Of a stretch of DNA of 64,000 nt, positions 1-7,893 are shown one piece after another. The notes under the pieces are model-generated. The model did not search any database, was not told the origin of the DNA, and saw only the letters and a list, made by a program, of their open reading frames with translations. Location: positions 73,307 through 137,306 of the forward strand of contig CACHRI010000001.1 in NCBI GenBank assembly GCA_902582155.1, given 5' to 3'. The translations under genes were made by a program, and so were the position numbers. This DNA is from an uncultured Pelagibacteraceae bacterium. GTDB taxonomy: Bacteria > Pseudomonadota > Alphaproteobacteria > Pelagibacterales > Pelagibacteraceae. The stretch's first letter is position 1. Each line of letters begins with the position of its first letter.

Positions 1-1
1 T

Positions 2-367
2 AAAGCTATGAGTTTAGTATTACCAAGCTTAAAAGGAAAACTAGATGGAACAGCTATTAGAGTTCCAACACCTAATGTTTCTTTAATTGATCTTACATTC
101 GTACCTAATAAAGAAGTAACGTCTGAAAGTATAAATGATGCTATGAGCAAAGCAGCTAAGGGACCTCTTAAAGGAATATTAGCAACTAATTCAGCTCCTT
201 TAGTTTCTAAAGACTTTAATCATAACCCACACAGTTCAATATTTGACTTAACACAAACTCAGGTTATTAAGGGAAAGTTCAGTAGAGTATTATCTTGGTA
301 TGACAATGAGTGGGGTTTTTCTAACAGAATGTGTGACACTGCTATTCAAATAGCTGGATTAATTTAA
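2..367 (+). CDS. gap: glyceraldehyde-3-phosphate dehydrogenase, C-terminal part (5' truncated by window)
   Basis: [16 protein letters not shown] and [12 protein letters not shown] motifs; frame open from window start. Confidence 0.95.
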   Translation, partial: KAMSLVLPSLKGKLDGTAIRVPTPNVSLIDLTFVPNKEVTSESINDAMSKAAKGPLKGILATNSAPLVSKDFNHNPHSSIFDLTQTQVIKGKFSRVLSWYDNEWGFSNRMCDTAIQIAGLI

Positions 368-543
368 TTTTTAATATTTTTTTCTGCCTCTTCAATAAGT
401 TTTAGAGTACTCGGAGGTATATCTTCTTTTGATATTTTTTTTGGCTCTTGATAATTTTGATTATTAACTTTTTTTACTTGTTTAGATTGATTTAATTCAT
501 TAACCGCATCTAAAATATCTGAAATGTCGTATTTGTGCTCCAT
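364..543 (-). CDS. small hypothetical protein, 59 aa (not in ORF track)
   Basis: Hand translation [22 protein letters not shown]...[19 protein letters not shown]; fills the gap-znuA interval, stop overlaps gap stop by 4 nt. Confidence 0.65.
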   Translation of the reverse strand: MEHKYDISDILDAVNELNQSKQVKKVNNQNYQEPKKISKEDIPPSTLKLIEEAEKNIKN

Positions 544-567
544 GATAATATGTAATACATATTATCA
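543..567. repeat. perfect 25-bp inverted repeat (12-1-12)
   Basis: TGATAATATGTA-A-TACATATTATCA, between znuA stop and small ORF start. Confidence 0.85.
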
Positions 568-581
568 CTTTATTTTAAAAG

Positions 582-1541
582 TTAACAACCTTTAAAAGAT
601 TTAGACATATTGCTGATTAAATCAAAATATAAAGTTTTTCCTGGATTTAAAGTTGCTCCTAATGGATCTATAACTCCAGTCTTAATATTTGTATCCTTTG
701 CTACTGCTTTGATTATGTCAGGGTTAAATTGAGGTTCAGAAAATACACAACTTACTTTTTCATGTTCAATCACTTCTCTAATCTCAGACAATTGCTCTGC
801 ACCAGGTAATACATCTGTATTTACTGTGAAAGCTCCCAAGACATTCACATCAAATCTTTTTTCAAAATATTGGTAGGCGTCATGAAAAACAATTGATTTA
901 AAATCTTTATTTAATTCAGATTTTACTTTTTTTGTAAGTTTGTCTAAATCTTTATGTGCATTTTTTAAATTAGCTTTATATTTAGATGCGTTTTCTTGAT
1001 CTTTTTCAATTAGATGTTCTGCCATTTCACTTAAAATTACTTTTGCATTCATTGGATCAAGCCAAATATGCGGATCATGTTCACCATGAGCATGTTCTTT
1101 ATGATCATCATGTTTATCTTCTTTATGACCATGTTCTTTATGTTCATCATGTCCATGATCATCATGCCCTTCGAATATATTTCTTTCTCTAAATTCTAAT
1201 TTTTTTAAACCCTTAATTTCCATTAATTCTATTTTTTCAGCTTTTTTTGCTATTGATTTTAATGGTTTTTCTAAAAAATTTTCTAAGTCTTCGCCAACCC
1301 AAAATATTAAGTCAGCATTTTGTAACATTTTTGCATGTGATGGTTTTAAAGCAAATCCATGTGGGGAAGCATAACCATCTACAATTAAATCTGGTTTACC
1401 AACTCCATCCATTAAATAACTTGCTAATGAATGTATAGGTTTTATTGAAGTAACTACTTTGACATCAGCGTTTGCCGGAGTAAAAATAATTAAAAGAGAT
1501 AATAATGAGGCTATTAGCGGAAATTTTTTAATGTTTTTCAT
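582..1541 (-). CDS. znuA: zinc ABC transporter substrate-binding protein
   Basis: Signal peptide, SPHGFALKP, His/Asp-rich loop, DPHIWLDP, FHDAYQYF; divergent from znuCB-zur. Confidence 0.95.
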   Translation of the reverse strand: MKNIKKFPLIASLLSLLIIFTPANADVKVVTSIKPIHSLASYLMDGVGKPDLIVDGYASPHGFALKPSHAKMLQNADLIFWVGEDLENFLEKPLKSIAKKAEKIELMEIKGLKKLEFRERNIFEGHDDHGHDEHKEHGHKEDKHDDHKEHAHGEHDPHIWLDPMNAKVILSEMAEHLIEKDQENASKYKANLKNAHKDLDKLTKKVKSELNKDFKSIVFHDAYQYFEKRFDVNVLGAFTVNTDVLPGAEQLSEIREVIEHEKVSCVFSEPQFNPDIIKAVAKDTNIKTGVIDPLGATLNPGKTLYFDLISNMSKSFKGC

Positions 1542-1560
1542 AATATAGATATGTTAAAGT

Positions 1561-1593
1561 TGTTATAATGTAACACTATGTAATAATATAACG
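1561..1593. promoter_or_regulatory. two tandem Zur boxes
   Basis: TGTTATA-A-TGTAACA (1561-1575) and TGTAATA-A-TATAACG (1579-1593) resemble the TGTTATA-N-TATAACA Zur core, in the znuA/znuC divergent region. Confidence 0.8.
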
Positions 1594-1614
1594 TTTGAAA
1601 GTCAAGTGATAAAA

Positions 1615-2361
1615 ATGAGCTCAAATCAAAATATCTTAGTAAAATTAAAACAAGCAGGTCTTCGTATAAATAATAAATGGCTTGTTAAAGATGTATCTCT
1701 ACAGATTGAAAAAGGTAAAATAGTTACTCTTATTGGTCCGAATGGTTCTGGAAAAAGCACAACCGCAAAAATTGCACTTGGGATCTATAAAAAAATTAAT
1801 GGTGAAGCTAAAAAATATACAAATAAAGTTGGATATGTTCCTCAAAAAATTTCAATTGATTGGACATTACCACTTAGAGTAAGTGATTTCATGGTACTTA
1901 CTGAAAATCTTATAGAGGAAGCTATTAACGATGCTCTATCATTAACGGGAGTTTTGCATCTTAAAGATAAAAATTTAGGAGACTTATCAGGCGGGGAATT
2001 TCAAAGAGTGCTGCTTGCAAGAGCGATCTCGAAAAAACCAGAATTACTAGTTCTTGATGAGCCGGTACAAGGAGTTGATTTTACGGGTGAAATTGCCTTA
2101 TACGAACTTATAAAGAAAATTTCCGATGAATTAAATTGTGGAATTTTATTAATTTCTCACGATCTGCACACTGTAATGAGTGCTACGGACCACGTTGTTT
2201 GCTTAAATGGTCATGTGTGTTGCTCAGGATCTCCAATAGAGGTTGCCAAAAATAATGAATATAAAGCTTTATTCGGAGAACAGGCTTCTCAAATATTGTC
2301 AAGATACGAACATAGACACGATCACATTCATACAAATGAAGGAAAGATAAAAAAAAATTAA
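1615..2361 (+). CDS. znuC: zinc ABC transporter ATP-binding protein
   Basis: GPNGSGKS, LSGGE, LDEP; HVCCSG and His-rich C-terminus; alternative GTG start 1606. Confidence 0.93.
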   Translation: MSSNQNILVKLKQAGLRINNKWLVKDVSLQIEKGKIVTLIGPNGSGKSTTAKIALGIYKKINGEAKKYTNKVGYVPQKISIDWTLPLRVSDFMVLTENLIEEAINDALSLTGVLHLKDKNLGDLSGGEFQRVLLARAISKKPELLVLDEPVQGVDFTGEIALYELIKKISDELNCGILLISHDLHTVMSATDHVVCLNGHVCCSGSPIEVAKNNEYKALFGEQASQILSRYEHRHDHIHTNEGKIKKN

Positions 2362-3165
2362 ATGTTAGATGATTTCTTTATAAGAGCTTTAATAGCTGGG
2401 CTTGGTATTGCAATTGTAACAGGTCCCCTTGGATGTTTCGTCATATGGAGACGATTGTCATATTTTGGTGATACTCTTGCTCACTCCGCTTTACTCGGAG
2501 TTACACTTGCCTATACTTTAGAATTTAATATTGCCATTTCAGTATTTATTATTTCGTCTTTAATTGCGTTAATTCTAATAGATCTACAAAAAAGAACTAA
2601 TCTACCTGGTGATGCTTTACTAGGACTTTTAGCTCATTCATCCTTGGCAGTTGGATTAGTTGTTATTGGATTTTTAACATTTATAAGATTCGATATTATG
2701 GGATTACTATTTGGAGATATATTAGCAGTTACAACTGATGATATATTTATTATATGGATAGGTGGTCCGTTAATATTAATAATCCTTAAATTGATTTGGA
2801 AACCTTTATTTGCATCAACAGTAAACTATGAACTGGCAGAAGCTGAGGGATTAAATCCTGACAGAGCTAAAGCTATATTTACTATTTTAATGGCAGGTAT
2901 CATCGCTATTTCAATAAAAATGGTTGGACTATTATTAATTACGGGAATGTTAATTATACCAGCTGCAATGGCTAGAAATATTTCTTCGAGCCCACAAATG
3001 ATGGTAATTTATTCAGTGATTGGAGGATTGCTGTCTGTAATTTTAGGTTTATTAACTTCTTTAGAATTTAATACAGCTTCAGGGCCTTCAATAATAGCAG
3101 CTGCCTTATTTTTATTCATACTTTCATTATTAAAAATTAAACAATCGATTAAATTGAAAAATTGA
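2362..3165 (+). CDS. znuB: zinc ABC transporter permease
   Basis: RRLSYFGDTLAHSALLG, LFGDIL motifs; coupled to znuC. Confidence 0.95.
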   Translation: MLDDFFIRALIAGLGIAIVTGPLGCFVIWRRLSYFGDTLAHSALLGVTLAYTLEFNIAISVFIISSLIALILIDLQKRTNLPGDALLGLLAHSSLAVGLVVIGFLTFIRFDIMGLLFGDILAVTTDDIFIIWIGGPLILIILKLIWKPLFASTVNYELAEAEGLNPDRAKAIFTILMAGIIAISIKMVGLLLITGMLIIPAAMARNISSSPQMMVIYSVIGGLLSVILGLLTSLEFNTASGPSIIAAALFLFILSLLKIKQSIKLKN

Positions 3166-3180
3166 TGGAGAATCAGTACA

Positions 3181-3588
3181 ATGGCTAATATGGAAAAAGA
3201 ATATAATCTGTCAAAAAATCAGCAAATAGTTTTTGATATAATCGAAAAATCTAGCGAACCCGTTAAAGCTTACTCAATTCTGTTTAATGTAAAAAAAAAG
3301 GGTATTAAAGCTCCTCCTCAAGTTTATAGAGCTTTAGAAAAATTAATTAAGCTTGGTAAAATTCATAAAGTGGAAAGTAAAAATGCATTCGTAGCCTGTA
3401 AAAGTTCTAACTGTGAAGTATCTAAAGCTACCGCCTTTTCAATTTGTGAGATTTGTGAAAAAGTCACTGAAATTGCAAATAATAAACTTTCTAATTTCTT
3501 AAATAGTTTTGAGGATAAATCTGGCATGAAATATAAAAAGTATAATCTTGAATTTTTCGGATTATGCAAAAAGTGTAAAAAAACTTAG
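3181..3588 (+). CDS. zur: zinc uptake regulator (Fur family)
   Basis: PPQVYRALEKL, CxxC x2; last gene of znuCB operon. Confidence 0.88.
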   Translation: MANMEKEYNLSKNQQIVFDIIEKSSEPVKAYSILFNVKKKGIKAPPQVYRALEKLIKLGKIHKVESKNAFVACKSSNCEVSKATAFSICEICEKVTEIANNKLSNFLNSFEDKSGMKYKKYNLEFFGLCKKCKKT

Positions 3589-3689
3589 TTTTCCCCCATT
3601 TTAGCTGATTATAATTCACCTTTTAGTTGCATTACGGTTACATTTACTAATTATACGTGCTAGTTTTTTCAAAAAAATAAGGAGTATAC

Positions 3690-4631
3690 ATGAAACATTT
3701 TAAAATTATCGTTGCTTTGATTGCAGCTTTGTTCATAACAAAAGCAGTTAATGCTAACGAAATCAAAATGGCTAAAGCAAACTGGGATACTGGTTATTTC
3801 CAAGCTGAAATATACAAACAAGCTTTGGAAAAAATGGGCTACAAAGTAACTGAGCCTAAAGCAATTAAGCCTTCAGTATTTTACGTTGCAGCAGCAGCAG
3901 GAGATCTTGACCTATGGGTAAACGGATGGTTTGGAACTCACGATGGATATATCAAAGAAGCTAAAGGTAAAGTTAAAAAAGTTGGTTATGTAATGAAAAA
4001 AGGTGGCTTACAAGGTTACCTTATCGACAAAAAATCAGCTGACAGCCTTGGTATCAAAAGCGTAATGGATATTAAAAAACACGCAGCAAAATTTGACTCA
4101 AATGGTGACGGTAAAGCAGACATGGTAGCTTGCCCTCCAGGTTGGGGATGTGAGAAACAAATCACAAAACACTTTGCTGAACTAGGTTTAGGTGACTTTA
4201 TAAATCCAGTAAAAGCTGACTACTCTGCTTCTATGGCGGACGTAGTTGCAAAATACAAAAACGGTAAACCAGTATTATTTTATACTTGGACGCCGAATTG
4301 GACAGTTGGTGCTTTAAAACTTGGACAAGATGTTGTTTGGATAGAAGTTCCATACAGCGCTACAAAAAAAGTAGCAGTATCAAATGCAACAAAATCTAAA
4401 ATTAATATGGGTTTTGGTGCTGATGATATTCGTCCAGCAGCTAACTCTGATTTCTTAAAAGCTAATCCAAAAGTGAAAAAAATGCTTTCTAAAGCATCTA
4501 TTCCACTAGCGGATATCGCAGCACAAAACATGAAGATGAATGCTGGTGAGAAAAGCGAAAGAGCAATCAAGAAGCATGCTAAGGAGTGGATTAAAGCGAA
4601 CCAAAGTACGTTCGATAGTTGGATTAAATAA
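3690..4631 (+). CDS. proX: glycine betaine/proline-family ABC transporter substrate-binding protein
   Basis: AAGGAG RBS, signal peptide, FDSNGDGKAD, CPPGWGC, YTWTPNW (Trp cage). Confidence 0.88.
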   Translation: MKHFKIIVALIAALFITKAVNANEIKMAKANWDTGYFQAEIYKQALEKMGYKVTEPKAIKPSVFYVAAAAGDLDLWVNGWFGTHDGYIKEAKGKVKKVGYVMKKGGLQGYLIDKKSADSLGIKSVMDIKKHAAKFDSNGDGKADMVACPPGWGCEKQITKHFAELGLGDFINPVKADYSASMADVVAKYKNGKPVLFYTWTPNWTVGALKLGQDVVWIEVPYSATKKVAVSNATKSKINMGFGADDIRPAANSDFLKANPKVKKMLSKASIPLADIAAQNMKMNAGEKSERAIKKHAKEWIKANQSTFDSWIK

Positions 4632-4642
4632 GTTTTAAGTCA

Positions 4643-5509
4643 GTGAGCTTAAAACTTTCACCATCTGACTACGAAGTTTACGTTCCAATAGCAGAATGGA
4701 TTGAAAAACATATTAAGGAGTGGTTGTTCATGCAACGACCACTCTTTAAAAAGTTATCAGCTCCAATAGATTCAGTTTTAAACGGTTTAGACACATTATT
4801 TAATTTCATACCATTTCCGATAGTAATTCTTATATTCATGGCTTTTGCTTTCAAAACCAATGGATTAAAATTTGCATTGTTGTCAGCATTAAGTTTAATT
4901 TTTATCGACCTTGTTGATTTGTGGCAAGAAACGATGACAACATTAGCAATGATTTTCACAGCAGTTATCTTTTGTATGATAATTGGGATACCTTTGGGTA
5001 TCGTAGCTTCAAGAAGTAATTTGTTTGAAACTATTTTAAGACCAATTCTTGATATAATGCAAACAATACCAAGTTTCGTTTATTTAATTCCTGTTGTAAT
5101 GTTATTTGGTGTGGGTCTGACGCCGGGTGTAGTAGCAACTATAGTATTTGCTTTGCCACCAATTGTTAGATTAACGAACTTAGGAATTAGACAAGTAGGC
5201 AAGGGATTTAAAGAAGCTGGTGCTAGCCTAGGTTTATCACGGTTCTTAATACTAACAAAAATAGAAATTCCTTTGGCTATGAAAACTATAATGGCCGGAG
5301 TTAACCAAACATTAATGTTAGCTTTATCTATGGTAGTTATAGCTGCACTAATTGGAGCAGGGGGTTTAGGATTAACCGTATATGTTGCACTAGGTAGATT
5401 AGATATTGGTGGAGCTGTTGTTGGTGGAACTGGTATTGTAATTTTGGCAATTATTTTAGATAGAATTACTCAAAAAATTATTCCTCAAGACAATATCAAA
5501 TCAAGGTAA
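4643..5509 (+). CDS. proW: glycine betaine/proline-family ABC transporter permease
   Basis: PILDIMQTIPSFVYLIP, GVNQTLMLALSMVVIA motifs; GTG start. Confidence 0.9.
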   Translation: MSLKLSPSDYEVYVPIAEWIEKHIKEWLFMQRPLFKKLSAPIDSVLNGLDTLFNFIPFPIVILIFMAFAFKTNGLKFALLSALSLIFIDLVDLWQETMTTLAMIFTAVIFCMIIGIPLGIVASRSNLFETILRPILDIMQTIPSFVYLIPVVMLFGVGLTPGVVATIVFALPPIVRLTNLGIRQVGKGFKEAGASLGLSRFLILTKIEIPLAMKTIMAGVNQTLMLALSMVVIAALIGAGGLGLTVYVALGRLDIGGAVVGGTGIVILAIILDRITQKIIPQDNIKSR

Positions 5510-5675
5510 ATAAATAAACTACAAAACTTAAAACTACAAAACAATAAGCCCAAAATATTATAATTTTTTTTAAACTAGGTTTTTCCAATCCTTTTTTAGT
5601 AGTTTTCCATGGAATGAATGTATAAGCAGCTAAAGTAACAAGAATAAGAAATAATAATATATTTGTAAGTTCCAT
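5496..5675 (-). CDS. small membrane protein, 59 aa, two hydrophobic segments (not in ORF track)
   Basis: MELTNILLFLILVTLAAYTFIPWKTTKKGLEKPSLKKIIIFWAYCFVVLSFVVYLFTLI*; ATG directly follows symporter TAA. Confidence 0.65.
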   Translation of the reverse strand: MELTNILLFLILVTLAAYTFIPWKTTKKGLEKPSLKKIIIFWAYCFVVLSFVVYLFTLI

Positions 5676-6521
5676 TTAATTAATTTTTCTTACTATCAAA
5701 ACAAAAATGATTGATGTTACGAACATAATCAATGCATAGGCAGCTGTAGGAACCATAAACACAATATCATTAAATAATTGAGTTGCTACAAACACTGCTA
5801 ATGTCCCATTTTGCAATCCACATTCAAGAGAAATACATTTTCTCTGAGGAATTCCTGAAGCCAAAAATTTAGCAATAAAATAACCAGCAAAAATCATTGT
5901 AATATTAAGAATAAAAGCTATTAAACCTGCTCTTGTGATAAAACTAATTATTCTGTCCCATTCTTCAATCCAAATAGATATAAAAACAATTAAAAATAAT
6001 ATTACTGATAGCCTTTGAACTAATAAAGTTTTAGATATTATAAAATCAGTCATTAAACTTCTAACAATCATACCAAAAAGCACTGGCACAGTTACGACAA
6101 AAAACATTTTAAGCGCAATATTTAGCATTGAAATTTCTTTAACTATTTCAATACCTAAATAATTAGCTGAATTAAACACTATCAAAGGGACAATAATTAT
6201 ACTTAGTAAGCTCACAACAGCAGTTAATGTTACTGATAAAGCAACATCTCCATCAGCAAATTTAGTTAATATGTTTGAAGTTACTCCACCTGGTGCCGCC
6301 GCAATAACCATGACACCCATAGCAATTTCTACAGGTAACGAAATTAAACTTATTAAGATAATAGCTACTATAGGAAGAAGAATAACTTGTGATAAAAAGC
6401 CTATAAGAAAATCTTTAGGATTTTTTACTACTCTTAAAAAATCTTGAGCTGTTAAACCTAGTCCAAGACCGAACATGATTATAGCCAAACATATCGGCGC
6501 TATACTTTTTGCGATTTCCAC
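5676..6521 (-). CDS. bile acid:sodium symporter (BASS/SBF) family transporter
   Basis: IMFGLGL, APGGVTSN, GDVALSV, ECGLQNGTLA; GGGGGA RBS before GTG start. Confidence 0.9.
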   Translation of the reverse strand: MEIAKSIAPICLAIIMFGLGLGLTAQDFLRVVKNPKDFLIGFLSQVILLPIVAIILISLISLPVEIAMGVMVIAAAPGGVTSNILTKFADGDVALSVTLTAVVSLLSIIIVPLIVFNSANYLGIEIVKEISMLNIALKMFFVVTVPVLFGMIVRSLMTDFIISKTLLVQRLSVILFLIVFISIWIEEWDRIISFITRAGLIAFILNITMIFAGYFIAKFLASGIPQRKCISLECGLQNGTLAVFVATQLFNDIVFMVPTAAYALIMFVTSIIFVLIVRKIN

Positions 6522-6555
6522 TTATTCCCCCGACGTTACAAAATAACGTATATAT

Positions 6556-6585
6556 AAAAAAGGCCCAAAATGAAACAATCTTGGG
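6556..6585 (-). terminator. candidate intrinsic terminator/attenuator hairpin
   Basis: Minus strand CCCAAGAU-uguuuc-AUUUUGGG then CC and U6; weak stem with one G-U. Confidence 0.35.
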
Positions 6586-6621
6586 TTGTGCTTAGCTCAA
6601 CTTATGATAGATTCTATTTAT

Positions 6622-6762
6622 ATGAGAATTTTAGCTTCAAGAATTAAGAACGCTAAAGAGCTTAAATATGGTAAGCTAAAAACTAGTTTACTCAAGCCTA
6701 AAAATAACCTTCAGTCAGACTTCTACTATCTGTTCAAGAAGAAAACTTTAATCAAAAAATAA
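6622..6762 (+). CDS. candidate small basic protein, 46 aa (not in ORF track)
   Basis: MRILASRIKNAKELKYGKLKTSLLKPKNNLQSDFYYLFKKKTLIKK*; alternative in-frame ATG 6604; no homology recognised. Confidence 0.45.
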   Translation: MRILASRIKNAKELKYGKLKTSLLKPKNNLQSDFYYLFKKKTLIKK

Positions 6763-6802
6763 CTAATTAAAATATTTTTCCCGTATACGGTGCGACAATA
6801 TT

Positions 6803-6850
6803 GATAATGATAATTATTCTCATTCTCAGATAATTGAGAACCATTCGCAA
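6803..6850. promoter_or_regulatory. Fur-type iron boxes upstream of the Fe3+ binding protein gene
   Basis: GATAATGATAATTATTCTC (6803-6821) matches 17/19 of the classical Fur box; second near-palindrome TTGAGAACCATTCGCAA (6834-6850). Confidence 0.78.
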
Positions 6851-6868
6851 AACTAACGAGGGAGATAA

Positions 6869-7879
6869 ATGAGAAAATTAATATTAACGGTTTCAGCATT
6901 ATTTTTTGTTTTTGGAAATCTTTTAGCTAACGAAGTAAATATATTCAGTGCAAGACATTACGATTCAGATGTTCAATTGTACGAAAAATTTACAGCTAAA
7001 ACAGGAATAAAAGTAAATGTTGTATCTGGAAAATCAGGCGCATTAGAGAAAAGAATAATCGCAGAGGGCGGCACAGCAGACTTATATATAACAGCTGATG
7101 CTGGTAGACTTGGCGCATTTGCAGTTAACTTACAAGGCGGTTTAACAAGTAACGCAATAAAGTCAGCAGTTCCGAGTAATTTTAGAACATCTAAATGGGT
7201 TGGAATAGCTAAAAGAGCAAGAATAGTTTATTTTGCTCCAGAGAGAGTTACTCTTGCAGAGTTAAAGGGTTTAACTTATGAAAGTTTGGCTGATCCTAAA
7301 TGGAAGGGCAGATTAGTAATAAGAGCTTCAAACAATATTTATAACCAATCACTCGTTGCTTCATTAATTAAAAATAATGGAAAAGGTAAAGTTGCACAGT
7401 GGTCAAAAGGAGTGGTTACGAATATGGCTAGATCTCCAAAAGGTAATGATAGAGCACAGATACTTGCAGTAGCAGCAGGAGAAGCTGATATTGCAGTAGC
7501 TAATACATATTACTTAGCTCTTATGTTATCAGGCAAAAAAGGATCTGAGCAACAAGCAGCGGCTAAAAAAGTAAAACCCTTTTTTCCAAATCAAGACGGT
7601 AGAGGAACTCACATGAACATAAGTGGCGCAGGACTTGTTAAAGGCGCACCAAACAAAGACAATGCAATTAAGTTAGTTGAATTTTTACTAAGTAAAGAAG
7701 CACAAAAGCATATAGTAAATAATACTTATGAGTATCCGATGATTGCTGGAGTTTCACCTCATCCATTAGTAGTTAATATGGGTTTAGATTTCAAACAAGA
7801 TTTAAAAACTAAAGTCGTTAATTATGGTAAAAGACAAGCAGATGCATTAGAAGTAATGACAGCTGCTGGTTGGAAATAA
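6869..7879 (+). CDS. futA: Fe(3+) ABC transporter substrate-binding protein (FutA/SfuA/FbpA type)
   Basis: SARHY, YNQSL, GNDRAQI, ANTYY iron-ligand motifs; GGGAG RBS. Confidence 0.92.
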   Translation: MRKLILTVSALFFVFGNLLANEVNIFSARHYDSDVQLYEKFTAKTGIKVNVVSGKSGALEKRIIAEGGTADLYITADAGRLGAFAVNLQGGLTSNAIKSAVPSNFRTSKWVGIAKRARIVYFAPERVTLAELKGLTYESLADPKWKGRLVIRASNNIYNQSLVASLIKNNGKGKVAQWSKGVVTNMARSPKGNDRAQILAVAAGEADIAVANTYYLALMLSGKKGSEQQAAAKKVKPFFPNQDGRGTHMNISGAGLVKGAPNKDNAIKLVEFLLSKEAQKHIVNNTYEYPMIAGVSPHPLVVNMGLDFKQDLKTKVVNYGKRQADALEVMTAAGWK

Positions 7880-7893
7880 TATCTAATATATAA

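Noticed and set aside
986-1192. His-rich 68-aa plus-strand ORF
   Set aside because: Antisense shadow of the His/Asp codon repeats of the ZnuA loop
1533-1560. dif-like sequence CATAA-TATAGA-TATGTTAAAG
   Set aside because: XerD arm is out of register by one base, it overlaps the znuA start and Zur region, and there is no gene-strand switch
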